A DNA stretch of 48,334 nt from Patescibacteria group bacterium (lineage in GTDB: Bacteria > Patescibacteriota > UBA1384 > XYA2-FULL-43-10 > 1-14-0-10-43-13), in the NCBI GenBank assembly GCA_038216025.1, contig JBBQQK010000001.1, positions 1 through 48,334 of the forward strand. Reading direction: 5' to 3'. The position numbers and the translations under genes are program-made. A model generated the notes under the pieces. It was given only the letters and a program-made list of their open reading frames with translations, made no database searches and was not told where the DNA came from. Below, one piece after another: positions 9,374 to 19,038 of this stretch (position 1 is the stretch's first letter; every line of letters starts with the position of its first letter).

Positions 9374-9829
9374 ATGAGCAACATTTTAACTGCACAAGGG
9401 CTCGAGAGGTTAAAGAAGGAAATAAAAGAGATCAAAGAGGTTAAGCTTAAAGATGTGGCTCAGAGAATTAAAGACGCCAAAGATTTTGGTGATTTGTCTG
9501 AAAATGCCGAGTATCAGGAAGCCAGAAATGAGCAAGCTTATTTGTACGGAAAACTGTTGGAGATGGAAGATAAAGTAAAAAACGCCAAACTAATCAGCAA
9601 GAAAGATAAGGCGGATACTGTTCAGGCAGGTGCAACGGTCATGGTTGAGAATGGTGGCGAAAAAATGAATTTTGAAATAGTCGGTTCCGATGAATCTGAT
9701 CCATTGAACGGTAGGATCTCTATTGATTCTCCTCTGGGTACAGCACTTTTCGGACACAAAAAGAATGAATCTGTTGAAGTTTCTGCTCCTGGGGGATTAA
9801 GAAAATATAAAATATTAGATATTTTATAG
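9374..9829 (+). CDS. greA: Transcription elongation factor GreA
   Basis: LTAQGLERLKKEIKEIK..., DLSENAEYQEARNEQ and a C-terminal FKBP-like domain (ISIDSPLGTALFGHK). The ATG at 9374 is preceded by GGAAGGA. The track's TTG at 9335 adds 13 unlikely residues. Confidence 0.9.
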   Translation: MSNILTAQGLERLKKEIKEIKEVKLKDVAQRIKDAKDFGDLSENAEYQEARNEQAYLYGKLLEMEDKVKNAKLISKKDKADTVQAGATVMVENGGEKMNFEIVGSDESDPLNGRISIDSPLGTALFGHKKNESVEVSAPGGLRKYKILDIL

Positions 9830-9883
9830 TTCTATTCAATTCTAAAGTCCTGGTTTAAGAGCATGAGCTGGCCGTTCGTATTT

Positions 9884-9892
9884 TGCTATACT
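9884..9892 (+). promoter_or_regulatory. Extended -10 element TGCTATACT upstream of lysS
   Basis: Read directly in the greA-lysS spacer. Confidence 0.3.
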
Positions 9893-9947
9893 CAATAATG
9901 TTTTTGTGTTATAGTCGATTTAGAATTAGTAGTTTGTGGAGCAGAAT

Positions 9948-11435
9948 ATGAGTACAGATACACTCGGCGCTACCGAGCGTGAATTAATCGAATTCCGCAA
10001 GAAAAAATTAGAGAAACTTGTTGAACTTGGCGTTAACCCATACCCGTCGAGGTCAGATAAAAATATTACTGCAGAACTTGTGCATGCACAAAAAGAGCAG
10101 TTAATGGAAAGCGGCAATGACGTTGTGGTATCCGGTAGAATAGTTTCTTTGAGAGGTCATGGAAAATTGGCTTTTGTTGATTTGGAAGACCAATCTGGAA
10201 AAATACAGGTTATGTTCAGGCAGGACAATCTTCCAGGCCTTTTCGCTAGAATAGAGCTTTTAGACTTAGGGGATTTTGTAGAGGTCTCTGGCAACGTATT
10301 TGTTACAAATTCTGGGGAAACCACTATATCTGCTAAGTTGTTCAATATTTTAACTAAGTCTTTGAGGCCTCTTCCTGATAAGCATTTTGGTATTTCTGAC
10401 GAAGAAACACGTTTTAGAAAAAGATATCTTGAATTGGCGCTAGACCCAACTTTAAGAGAACTCTTTATAAAGAAGGCAAAGTTCTGGCAGGCAACTAGGC
10501 AATTTTTGGTAGATGAAAATTTTTTAGAGGTAGAGACACCTGCTTTGGAAAATACAGCAGGGGGAGCCGATGCTAATCCTTTTGTTACTCACCATGATGC
10601 TCTGGATATTGATGTTTTTCTTCGTATATCTATGGGTGAACTCTGGCAAAAAAGATTGATGGTGGGAGGTTTTGAGAAAACATTTGAAATTGGCAGGCAA
10701 TTTCGAAATGAGGGAATTAGTCGAGAACATTTGCAAGACTACTCTCAAATGGAATTTTATTGGGCGTATGCAAATTATGAAGATTCTATGGCGCTTGTGC
10801 AGCGACTTTATAAGCATATAGCAGAAAAAACTTTTGGAACACTCGAGTTTAAGATTGGTAATTTTGAAATAAACTTAGATGGAGATTGGGAAAAGATTGA
10901 TTATACCTCGACCATCAAAGAAAAATTAGGCATTGATGTCATGGAATCTTCCGAGGAAGAATTGATTAATAAGATTAAAGAATTAGGATTGAAATTAGAG
11001 ACAGGATCGAAGAGAGGAAGACTTGTTGATACCTTATGGAAACATATTAGAAAAAATATAGCAGGACCGGTTTTCTTAATCAATCATCCAGTTGAAGTCT
11101 CTCCTCTGGCAAAAAGAAAAACAGATAATCCAAGATTGGTAGAGCGATATCAGGTTATTCTAGCTGGCTCAGAAATGGGAAACGGATACTCTGAGCTTAA
11201 CGATCCACAAGACCAAGAGCAGAGATTTTTGGAGCAGGCAAAGATGAGGGAAGAAGGCGATGCAGAAGCCCAGATGCATGATCGGGATTTTGTCGAAGCG
11301 CTTGAGTATGGCATGCCGCCAACCACAGGGTTTGGTTTTTCGGAAAGATTATTTTCATTTTTGGCAAATAAATCATCAAGAGAAGCGGTTATATTTCCTT
11401 TGATGAAGCCTGTTTATGGAGAAGATAAAAAATAA
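9948..11435 (+). CDS. lysS: Lysyl-tRNA synthetase, class II
   Basis: OB-fold N-domain followed by class II motifs (FLEVETPALE, FRNEGISREHLQDYSQMEFYWAY, GFGFSERL). TGGAG lies 7 nt before the ATG at 9948. Confidence 0.95.
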   Translation: MSTDTLGATERELIEFRKKKLEKLVELGVNPYPSRSDKNITAELVHAQKEQLMESGNDVVVSGRIVSLRGHGKLAFVDLEDQSGKIQVMFRQDNLPGLFARIELLDLGDFVEVSGNVFVTNSGETTISAKLFNILTKSLRPLPDKHFGISDEETRFRKRYLELALDPTLRELFIKKAKFWQATRQFLVDENFLEVETPALENTAGGADANPFVTHHDALDIDVFLRISMGELWQKRLMVGGFEKTFEIGRQFRNEGISREHLQDYSQMEFYWAYANYEDSMALVQRLYKHIAEKTFGTLEFKIGNFEINLDGDWEKIDYTSTIKEKLGIDVMESSEEELINKIKELGLKLETGSKRGRLVDTLWKHIRKNIAGPVFLINHPVEVSPLAKRKTDNPRLVERYQVILAGSEMGNGYSELNDPQDQEQRFLEQAKMREEGDAEAQMHDRDFVEALEYGMPPTTGFGFSERLFSFLANKSSREAVIFPLMKPVYGEDKK

Positions 11436-11469
11436 AATAAATTAGTAATCAAATCCAGTAGGAGCCTAG

Positions 11470-12738
11470 ATGTTAGATATAAAATACATTAGGGAACATC
11501 CGGAAGAAATAAAAGAAAATTGTAAAAATCGCTTGTCAAAGGTGGATATTGATAAGTTGTTGAATTTGGATATACAAAAAAAAGGATTAGAAGCTTATAT
11601 TGAAGAATTGCGAGCTGAAAGAAACCAGGCCTCTAAGTCCAAGCCATCGCCTGAGATAGTCGAGAGGATGAAGGAGGTAGGCAAAGGAATCAAGGATTCT
11701 GAAATCAAATTATCCTCCGTTGCAGAAGAATACTTTTCTCTCTTGTCTCAAGTCCCCAACCTGACTCATTCTGAGGTAAAAGTAAGCACTGATGAGGATG
11801 ACAACGTAGTCCTAGGCTATTCGGAAGCTAAGCCAATGGATTTTAATTTTGAGCCCAAAGATCATGTGCAATTGGCTGCTTTGTTGGATCTTATTGATTT
11901 TGACAGAGCTACCAAAGTTTCCGGAGCCAAGTTCTACTATTTGAAAAATGAATTGGTCCTGCTTGAGCTTGCTTTGACTAGGTACGCTTTCGATATTGCT
12001 ATCGCTCATGGTTTTACACCTTTCATTACACCTGATTTGGCTAAAAAAGAAATTTTGTTAAATATGGGCTATAACCCAAGAGGCGAGTCTACTCAGGTTT
12101 ACAGCATAAACAATTCAGATCTATGTTTGATCGGAACTGCTGAAATAACCATGGGTGGATATCATAAGAATGAGACCTTTAAAGAAGAAGATTTGCCCAA
12201 GAAATATGTTGCTCTGTCCCATTGTTTTAGAACCGAGGCTGGAAGTTATTCCAAATATTCTAAAGGCATTTTTAGGGTCCATCAGTTTACTAAAGTCGAA
12301 ATGTTCCAGTATACCACTCCAGAAAAATCTGAAGCTGCCCATCAAGAATTGCTGGAGGTGGAAAAGGAATTATTTGATGGCTTAAAAATTCCTTTTCGTA
12401 TCATAGATCATTGCACTGCTGATTTAGGAACTCCTTCTTTTAGAACATTCGACTTGGAAGCGTGGATGCCGGGAAAGCCGAACAAAGAAGGAAAGATGGG
12501 TGATTGGGCTGAGATAACGTCTACATCGAACTGTACTGATTATCAATCTCGCGGTCTGGGTATTAAGTATGACTCCGGTGTAAAAAAGGACTACGTGCAC
12601 ATGCTAAATGGTACGACTGTGGCAATGACCAGGCCGATCATAGCAATCTTAGAAAATTTCCAATTGGAAGACGGAAGTATTGAAATTCCAGAAATTCTGC
12701 AAAAATATACGGGTTTCTCTAAAATAGAACTAAAGTGA
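11470..12738 (+). CDS. serS: Seryl-tRNA synthetase
   Basis: MLDIKYIREHPE start, a coiled-coil arm, and class II motifs (CFRTEAGS, FRVHQFTKVEMF, LNGTTVAMTRPIIAILEN). Confidence 0.95.
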   Translation: MLDIKYIREHPEEIKENCKNRLSKVDIDKLLNLDIQKKGLEAYIEELRAERNQASKSKPSPEIVERMKEVGKGIKDSEIKLSSVAEEYFSLLSQVPNLTHSEVKVSTDEDDNVVLGYSEAKPMDFNFEPKDHVQLAALLDLIDFDRATKVSGAKFYYLKNELVLLELALTRYAFDIAIAHGFTPFITPDLAKKEILLNMGYNPRGESTQVYSINNSDLCLIGTAEITMGGYHKNETFKEEDLPKKYVALSHCFRTEAGSYSKYSKGIFRVHQFTKVEMFQYTTPEKSEAAHQELLEVEKELFDGLKIPFRIIDHCTADLGTPSFRTFDLEAWMPGKPNKEGKMGDWAEITSTSNCTDYQSRGLGIKYDSGVKKDYVHMLNGTTVAMTRPIIAILENFQLEDGSIEIPEILQKYTGFSKIELK

Positions 12739-12760
12739 TAATGTATTTGTTCAACTTTAA

Positions 12761-12769
12761 TGTTATAAT
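12761..12769 (+). promoter_or_regulatory. Extended -10 element TGTTATAAT upstream of hpf
   Basis: Read directly. It is followed by a leader carrying AGGAG. Confidence 0.3.
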
Positions 12770-12795
12770 AACTAATCATTAACCTTAGGAGCATC

Positions 12796-13170
12796 ATGTT
12801 TAGAATAAATTTGCAAACCAAAGGGGTGATAATAACTGCAAAGCAAAAATCGCAGATCGAGCGCAAGATAAGCAAACTCAAGAAGTATTTCAATAACAAT
12901 GAGCCGGTGACGGTAGATGTGATTTTGTCTGACGAGACTAGCCCTGAAAAAGGCGGAGTGGACCAACAAGTTCATTTAGTGTTGGTATTTGGCAAAGAAA
13001 AAATTTTCATAGAAGAAGTCGATAATCGTATGATGAGAGCATTTGCCTATGCTTTTGACCGGCTTGAGAGGAATGTATTGCGTTATCATCAACGTAAAGT
13101 GGATGATAAAAAGAAGCCCGGTGGATTGAGGCTGGAAAAGGTCTTGGGAATTATTAAGCGAAAAAAATAA
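12796..13170 (+). CDS. hpf: Ribosome hibernation/modulation factor, short HPF/RaiA (YfiA) family
   Basis: 124 aa. The pattern ITAKQKSQIERKISKLKKYF...MRAFAYAFDRLERNVLRYHQRK matches the S30AE/HPF fold signature. Confidence 0.7.
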   Translation: MFRINLQTKGVIITAKQKSQIERKISKLKKYFNNNEPVTVDVILSDETSPEKGGVDQQVHLVLVFGKEKIFIEEVDNRMMRAFAYAFDRLERNVLRYHQRKVDDKKKPGGLRLEKVLGIIKRKK

Positions 13171-13248
13171 CTACATTAACGTGTAAACTAAAAGCTACTT
13201 AAGCACCTGGCACTTATGGTTTAGAGAATTGAAAAGAAAAAGGTTTAT

Positions 13249-15927
13249 ATGGGAATTTGGAACAAAATATTAGGCATCTCTTCAAATAAGGTTTTGACAC
13301 AGCTGCAATTCGAAGTCAAGAAAATAAATGAATTTGAAGAAGACATTAAGAAATTGTCTGACCAAGAGCTTCAAGAGAAGACTGTTAAGTTTAAAAAAAT
13401 TATCGGAGAACATCAGGGCGATCCTGAAAGCATTTTAGTAAAAATAATGCCGGAGGCTTTTGCTGTCATGAGAGAGGCAATGCGCAGGGTTTGGGGAGAG
13501 CGCCATTTCGATGTGCAGCTTATCGGCGGTATTGTCCTTCATCAAGGAAAAATTGCAGAAATGAAGACCGGCGAAGGCAAAACTATCGTCGCTGCTTTAG
13601 CGTTGTATCTTAATGCATTGAACGGAAAAGGGGTGCATCTTGTGACTGTGAACGATTACCTGGCTAAGCATCAAGGCGAAGGCATGGGCGAAGTATATAA
13701 TTTCCTTGGCTTAACTACCGCGATTGTTCAAAATAATCAGTTAACCTATAGGTTCTGCAAGAAAGTAGATTATAAACATTACTCAGAATGTGATGGCTCG
13801 AACCTCGATGTATGCAGTCGGAAAGAAGCATATGAATGTGATATCGTATATGGGACAAACAATGAGTTTGGATTTGATTATTTGCGTGACAACATGGCTC
13901 CTTCTCTAAGCTATTGTGCTCAAAAAAATCTTACATATGCGATAGTTGACGAAGTTGACTCCATTCTCATTGATGAAGCCAGAACTCCGCTTATTATTTC
14001 TGCCGCCGCAGAAGAGTCGACCGGCATGTACCAACAATTCGCAGGAATAGTGCCAAAGCTAAATAAAGAGAGTGACTATGTAGTTGATGAGAAGGACAGG
14101 GTTGTTACCTTGACCGACGATGGTATTAAAAAGATTGAGAAATTACTTGGAGTAAATAATATCTACGAAACTGGTGGAATTAATCTCGTTCATCATCTTG
14201 AACAAGCTCTGAAAGCACATGCATTATTCAAAAGAAATAAGGACTATATAGTTAAGGATGGGGAAATTATAATTGTAGATGAATTTACTGGCAGGCTTAT
14301 GGTCGGGAGAAGGTATTCGGAGGGTTTGCACCAAGCCATCGAGGCAAAAGAAGGCGTAGAGGTCAAACAAGAGTCACAAACACTGGCAACCATTTCATTC
14401 CAGAACTTGTTTCGTATATACCATAAACTCTCAGGTATGACAGGGACAGCTGCTACTGAGGCTGAAGAATTCTATAAAATTTACAAATTGGACGTGGTTG
14501 AAATACCTACCAATAAGCCAGTTTCTCGAAAAGATGCATCTGATAAAATTTACAAATCGGAAGAATCTAAGCTCCAAGCAATAGTTCAAGACGTTAAGGA
14601 AAAAATAGAATTAGGACGACCTGTTTTAATAGGAACAGTTTCAGTCCAAAAAAACGAACAATTATCAAAATTGCTCAAAAAAGAAGGTGTTAAACATGAA
14701 ATTTTGAACGCAAAGAATCATGAGCGAGAAGCTAAAATTATTATGAAAGCAGGAGAAAAGTCTGCCGTAACGGTAGCGACTAATATGGCAGGTCGGGGAA
14801 CTGACATTAAGATGGATAGAGACGTTGCTAAGATGGGTGGCTTGCATGTTATCGGCACCGAAAGACATGAATCGCGAAGGATCGACAATCAATTACGTGG
14901 TAGAGCTGGAAGACAGGGCGACCCAGGATCATCACAATTTTTTGTTTCAATGGACGATGATTTAATGCGTATATTTGGAGGTGGTCGCTTAAAAGGCATG
15001 ATGGATAAATTGGGGCTTCCTGATGACGTTCCTATTGAAAATAGAATGATTACACGTTCGATAGAATCTGCTCAAAAGCGAGTTGAAGGTCACAATTTTG
15101 ATATAAGAAAACATTTGGTTGAATATGATGATGTAATGAACAAACACCGTGAGGTAATTTATCGTAAGAGAAGAAGAATCTTGGAACTAGAAAATGCTTC
15201 AAGTGAGAAAAAGCTAGAATTGAAAGAGGAAATTAAAGATATCATAAAGGAAGAAGTGTCCAATGCTTTATCAATGAATGAAGATTCAGCAAAAGCTAAG
15301 GAAGAGATTGAGGCCTTGCTCGGTACATCGATAAAAGAGTTAAACTATGATTCTCTTGCAAAGCAAGTTGATGATTTATATGAAGCGAAAGAGAATAAGA
15401 GTGGTTCCGAGGTGATGAGAAGTATAGAAAGAGCATTATACCTCAGAACAATCGATATGCTCTGGATAGAACATCTTACTACTATCGATGAGCTCAGGAC
15501 TGGAATAGGTCTTAGAGGATACGGTCAGAGAGACCCTCTTATCGAGTACAAAAAGGAAGCCTATCTTCTTTTTCAGACGTTGCTAAAGAATATCGAAAAT
15601 AATATTTCTAAAACTATTTTAAGGATTCAAGTACAGGTTCAGCAGCCTGTCCCAGAAAAACAAGAGGTCACGTATCAGAAGCCTGATCCTGATCGAATTG
15701 GAGAAATCGATAAGGACGCTTTAGCCGTAAAAAATATTGATTCGATACATAAAACTCCTGATGTCACCACTGTGATAAAGGAAAGGGGACGGTCTGTTTA
15801 TGAAAGAATGACTGAGTCTTCAAATTCAGGCTCAACTGTTAGTGTTAAAGTCAAAGAAAAGCCAGGCAGAAATGATTCGTGTTCTTGCGGCAGTGGTAAA
15901 AAATATAAGAAGTGTTGCGGCAAATAG
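13249..15927 (+). CDS. secA: Preprotein translocase ATPase SecA
   Basis: MKTGEGKT Walker A, DEVDSILIDEARTPLIIS, TNMAGRGTDI, and a C-terminal SEC-C zinc motif CSCGSGKKYKKCCG. It has an extra Cys-containing stretch before the TNNEFGFDYLRDN motif. Confidence 0.97.
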   Translation: MGIWNKILGISSNKVLTQLQFEVKKINEFEEDIKKLSDQELQEKTVKFKKIIGEHQGDPESILVKIMPEAFAVMREAMRRVWGERHFDVQLIGGIVLHQGKIAEMKTGEGKTIVAALALYLNALNGKGVHLVTVNDYLAKHQGEGMGEVYNFLGLTTAIVQNNQLTYRFCKKVDYKHYSECDGSNLDVCSRKEAYECDIVYGTNNEFGFDYLRDNMAPSLSYCAQKNLTYAIVDEVDSILIDEARTPLIISAAAEESTGMYQQFAGIVPKLNKESDYVVDEKDRVVTLTDDGIKKIEKLLGVNNIYETGGINLVHHLEQALKAHALFKRNKDYIVKDGEIIIVDEFTGRLMVGRRYSEGLHQAIEAKEGVEVKQESQTLATISFQNLFRIYHKLSGMTGTAATEAEEFYKIYKLDVVEIPTNKPVSRKDASDKIYKSEESKLQAIVQDVKEKIELGRPVLIGTVSVQKNEQLSKLLKKEGVKHEILNAKNHEREAKIIMKAGEKSAVTVATNMAGRGTDIKMDRDVAKMGGLHVIGTERHESRRIDNQLRGRAGRQGDPGSSQFFVSMDDDLMRIFGGGRLKGMMDKLGLPDDVPIENRMITRSIESAQKRVEGHNFDIRKHLVEYDDVMNKHREVIYRKRRRILELENASSEKKLELKEEIKDIIKEEVSNALSMNEDSAKAKEEIEALLGTSIKELNYDSLAKQVDDLYEAKENKSGSEVMRSIERALYLRTIDMLWIEHLTTIDELRTGIGLRGYGQRDPLIEYKKEAYLLFQTLLKNIENNISKTILRIQVQVQQPVPEKQEVTYQKPDPDRIGEIDKDALAVKNIDSIHKTPDVTTVIKERGRSVYERMTESSNSGSTVSVKVKEKPGRNDSCSCGSGKKYKKCCGK

Positions 15928-16004
15928 TTGTTTTTGATCTAATGTTCGATTGATCTATAGTGATTATGTGCTTTTTGTTTTCTCGTTAAAAATGCAATTT
16001 TAAT

Positions 16005-16033
16005 TTTGCTCCGATTTGCATGCCATGATATAA
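16005..16033 (+). promoter_or_regulatory. Candidate promoter for ftsEX (TTGCTC, 17-nt spacer, TATAAT)
   Basis: Hexamers read directly in the 136-bp secA-ftsE spacer. Confidence 0.35.
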
Positions 16034-16063
16034 TTAAGCCGTTCATTAATCCATGTTGGCGAA

Positions 16064-16840
16064 ATGACCGGTGATATCGACTTAAAAGAAAAAACAGAAA
16101 CCAAAAAAGAGGAAAAACAGAATTCAAAAGAAACAGCCCCTCGTAAGAGTGACGGTTCTATTATAAATTTTAAAAACGTTACAAAAATATATTCGAACGG
16201 CAATAAAGTTTTAGATGGCATAAATTTCGAAATTAGCCACGGCGAGTTCATCTCACTTGTCGGTCCCTCAGGGGCTGGTAAATCCACATTAATAAAACTG
16301 TTAACTTGCGAAGAGCTTCCAACTGAAGGGGAAGTTTTGGTGGCCGGTAGGGACATTTCTAAACTTAAAAAGAAAGAGCTTCCATATTACCGAAGAAAAG
16401 TAGGGGTAATTTTCCAGGATTTTAAATTATTACCCAAGAAGACTGTTTATGAGAATATAGCATACGCTTTAGAGGTTGCAGATGTTTCCAACAGCCAAAT
16501 CATGGAGTTAGTCCCAAAGATTATCGAGATAGTCGGTTTAACAAAAAGGGCTTACGCATTTACTGAGGAGCTTTCCGGAGGCGAAAAACAAAGGGTCTCT
16601 ATCGCAAGAGCCTTAGTGCATAAACCAAGATTAATAATAGCAGATGAGCCAACAGGTAATTTGGATCCTGTATCCACCTGGGAAATTATCGAGTTGCTTT
16701 TTAAGATCAACAAGCAAGGAACAATTGTCGTGTTGGCAACTCATGATAGAGAAGTGGTTGATGCTATAGAGAGACGTGTCATTACGTTGAGAAATGGTAA
16801 AATAATAGCTGATCAGAAACAAGGAAAATACATACTCTGA
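16064..16840 (+). CDS. ftsE: Cell-division ABC ATPase FtsE, with a K/E-rich N-terminal extension of about 35 aa
   Basis: INFKNVTKIY, GPSGAGKST (Walker A), LSGGEKQRVSIARAL (signature) and LIIADEPTGNLD (Walker B). ftsX follows. I found no in-frame alternative start that would remove the extension. Confidence 0.9.
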   Translation: MTGDIDLKEKTETKKEEKQNSKETAPRKSDGSIINFKNVTKIYSNGNKVLDGINFEISHGEFISLVGPSGAGKSTLIKLLTCEELPTEGEVLVAGRDISKLKKKELPYYRRKVGVIFQDFKLLPKKTVYENIAYALEVADVSNSQIMELVPKIIEIVGLTKRAYAFTEELSGGEKQRVSIARALVHKPRLIIADEPTGNLDPVSTWEIIELLFKINKQGTIVVLATHDREVVDAIERRVITLRNGKIIADQKQGKYIL

Positions 16841-16886
16841 TTTGCACAGTATTTGAAGTTTAACAACACGAAGAAGGATAATAACA

Positions 16887-17792
16887 ATGTTCGCCTTAAC
16901 CCTATATAGAATCACAAAAACTTCATTAATTTCTCTTTGGAGAAATCTTTGGCTTTCGATAGCGGCCATATTGATGATGGTCGTTACTCTGCTATCAATT
17001 TCTTTTTTTGTTGACTCTTTAATAATCACGAATAGAACAACCCAGTCTCTAAGAGATAGAGTTGACATGACAGTTTTTTTCAATGATAGCGCTTCAAAGG
17101 ATCAAATTTTTGCTATTCAAAATATCATGCTTTCCAGGCAAGATATTAAGTCTGTTGATTATGTCTCCAAGGAAAAGGCACTGGACCAATGGAGGGACAG
17201 GAATAAAGACAACGAAAGTTTAAAAAATATAATTACCGAGCTAGACAATCCTCTTCCTAGAAGTTTGCAGATTAAAACAGAAAATCCAGAAGATCTTGAT
17301 TCTATTTATGGCTATTTGAACACTGACGATTATAAACCTCTTATAAGGGAGATAAGTTACAGTAAGAACAAAAACTTGATTGATCGCTTGGTTAATATTA
17401 CTAACTTTGTCAAAGTGATAGGCTGGTCTGTGACCATAATCTTTGTCTTTATATCCGTGTTAGTTGTTTACAATACTGTTCGGCTGGCAATATTCGCCAG
17501 GTCAAGCGAGATAGACATTATGAAACTTGTTGGAGCGGGAGATTGGTACGTTCGAGGACCTTTTGTGATAGAGGGTGTTTTTTACGGGATTAGTGGAGCA
17601 ACCATAGCATCGATAATTTTTTTCTTTGCTGCCAAATTTACAATTCCGGTAGTACAAAGGTATTTAGGTTTCGCCGATTTCAATTTTGCCCTTAACACTA
17701 ATTTTTTGTTTATATACCTTTTGTTGCTACTGGTAGGATTATTGTTGGGAGTATTTTGTTCGGTTTTAGCCATAAGAAAACATTTAAAATGA
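16887..17792 (+). CDS. ftsX: Cell-division ABC permease-like protein FtsX
   Basis: One TM helix, an extracellular domain, then three TM helices, with the conserved MKLVGA motif (IDIMKLVGAGDWYVRGPF). Confidence 0.85.
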   Translation: MFALTLYRITKTSLISLWRNLWLSIAAILMMVVTLLSISFFVDSLIITNRTTQSLRDRVDMTVFFNDSASKDQIFAIQNIMLSRQDIKSVDYVSKEKALDQWRDRNKDNESLKNIITELDNPLPRSLQIKTENPEDLDSIYGYLNTDDYKPLIREISYSKNKNLIDRLVNITNFVKVIGWSVTIIFVFISVLVVYNTVRLAIFARSSEIDIMKLVGAGDWYVRGPFVIEGVFYGISGATIASIIFFFAAKFTIPVVQRYLGFADFNFALNTNFLFIYLLLLLVGLLLGVFCSVLAIRKHLK

Positions 17793-19006
17793 ATAAAACA
17801 AAAATACATAAAAAATTTTTTGTCATGCTGGTGATTGTCTCCCTTTTTTCATCTGTCTTTGAAGCGACTCAAGTATATGCTCTAACCAAAGCGCAACTTG
17901 AAGCGGAAAAGTCAAAATATGCTGCTCAAGCGACTGCAGCTAAGCAATTAGCCGAAAAAAAGAAACGCGAAGCAGTACAAGTTGAACAGCAGATTACTGC
18001 TGTAAACGGTCAAATAGGACAGACAGAGTCGGCGCTGAATTCAACGGCCCAAAATATTGAATTGGCCGATAAAAACGTAAAAGAACTACGAACAATGATT
18101 GAAGAAAAAGAAAAATATATCGCCGAGACAAGGACAAAGCTTAATCAAGTAGTATCTTCCTGGTATATGGAAAGTGAATACGGTCTTCTTGAAACGGTTT
18201 TGGAATCAAAAAATATTTCCGATGTCGCTACCAAGCAACAGTATTACGATTCTGTTAAGCAACAAATTGAAGGAATGGCAGAAAAGCTATCGCAGGAAAA
18301 GCAGGTCCTTGAGGCTAAAAAAAAGGAACAAGATACTAAGTTGACTGAATTGAATGAATTGCAAAAATCTCAATCAGACCAGATGGATTATTTGGAAGAC
18401 AGGAAAATAATCAAGAACAGACTTTTGTCTAATACTTATAGTGCGGTCGAAAATCTTCAAGATGAGCAAGCAGAAGCAGAAGCAAAAGTTGCTGAACTTC
18501 AGGTAAAAATCAATCAAATAAGATCCTCGTCTGCAGGTGGAGGCGGTGATTTGACTTCTGGCAGCGCAAGTTGGTATTACCAGCAAAACGATTCAAGATG
18601 GGACAACTATAAAATCGGCCGATACGCATCTCTTGGCGATTATGGCTGTCTTCTAACATCTTTGACGATGATAGCAAATTATTATGGCAAATCTTACAAT
18701 CCGATGACGGCAGCACAAGCATCTAGTTTTTCCAGTAACGGCTCTCTTATCAGTACTCCTATTGTAAGGGATGGAAAATCGCAAGCTATAGACTGGGGTT
18801 TGCTTGATGATGAGCTAAGCAATAATCATCCGGTGGTTGTAGGGGTCGCCCTCGGTGTAGATATGGGCAACAGTTTTGGCGTTTCCCACTTTGTGGTAGT
18901 TAAATCAAAGTTATCAAACGGGAAATATGAGATACTGGATCCTCTAGGGCCAGGAAGAGGCTACTACAAATCACAAGTAAAGGCGATGAGAATAATTAGG
19001 CCTTAG
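17789..19006 (+). CDS. Secreted coiled-coil protein with a C-terminal papain-like (peptidase C39-like / clan CA) domain; putative FtsEX-controlled cell-wall hydrolase
   Basis: ATGA overlap with ftsX. Signal peptide MNKTKIHKKFFVMLVIVSLFSSVFEATQVYA, then about 230 aa of heptad-rich Q/E/K sequence. The C-terminal domain has SWYYQQND..DYGCLLTSLTMIANYYG (candidate catalytic Cys) and GVSHFVVV (candidate His). Confidence 0.7.
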   Translation: MNKTKIHKKFFVMLVIVSLFSSVFEATQVYALTKAQLEAEKSKYAAQATAAKQLAEKKKREAVQVEQQITAVNGQIGQTESALNSTAQNIELADKNVKELRTMIEEKEKYIAETRTKLNQVVSSWYMESEYGLLETVLESKNISDVATKQQYYDSVKQQIEGMAEKLSQEKQVLEAKKKEQDTKLTELNELQKSQSDQMDYLEDRKIIKNRLLSNTYSAVENLQDEQAEAEAKVAELQVKINQIRSSSAGGGGDLTSGSASWYYQQNDSRWDNYKIGRYASLGDYGCLLTSLTMIANYYGKSYNPMTAAQASSFSSNGSLISTPIVRDGKSQAIDWGLLDDELSNNHPVVVGVALGVDMGNSFGVSHFVVVKSKLSNGKYEILDPLGPGRGYYKSQVKAMRIIRP

Positions 19007-19038
19007 CATGAGATTAATTATTTGATATAATCATTTTG

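Noticed and set aside
9830-9947. Possible T-box or other riboswitch leaders upstream of lysS, serS and proS
   Set aside because: The leaders are about 118, 34 and 15 nt, too short for a T-box of about 200 nt or more. I could not find a T-box consensus (AANNNGGGTGGTACCGCG-like).
13208-13224. TGGCAC motif upstream of secA resembling the -24 element of a sigma-54 promoter
   Set aside because: The required -12 GC element (TTGC, 5 nt downstream) is absent; the sequence reads TGGCAC-TTATG-GTTT. No enhancer-binding protein or rpoN context is evident.
16631-17083. 150-aa ORF on the - strand spanning the ftsE/ftsX junction. A related 118-aa ORF at 16000-16356 is antisense to ftsE.
   Set aside because: Both are fully antisense to genes with unambiguous ABC/FtsX motifs. 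Their translations are low-complexity and lack recognisable motifs or RBSs. Such shadow ORFs are typical of AT-rich DNA.
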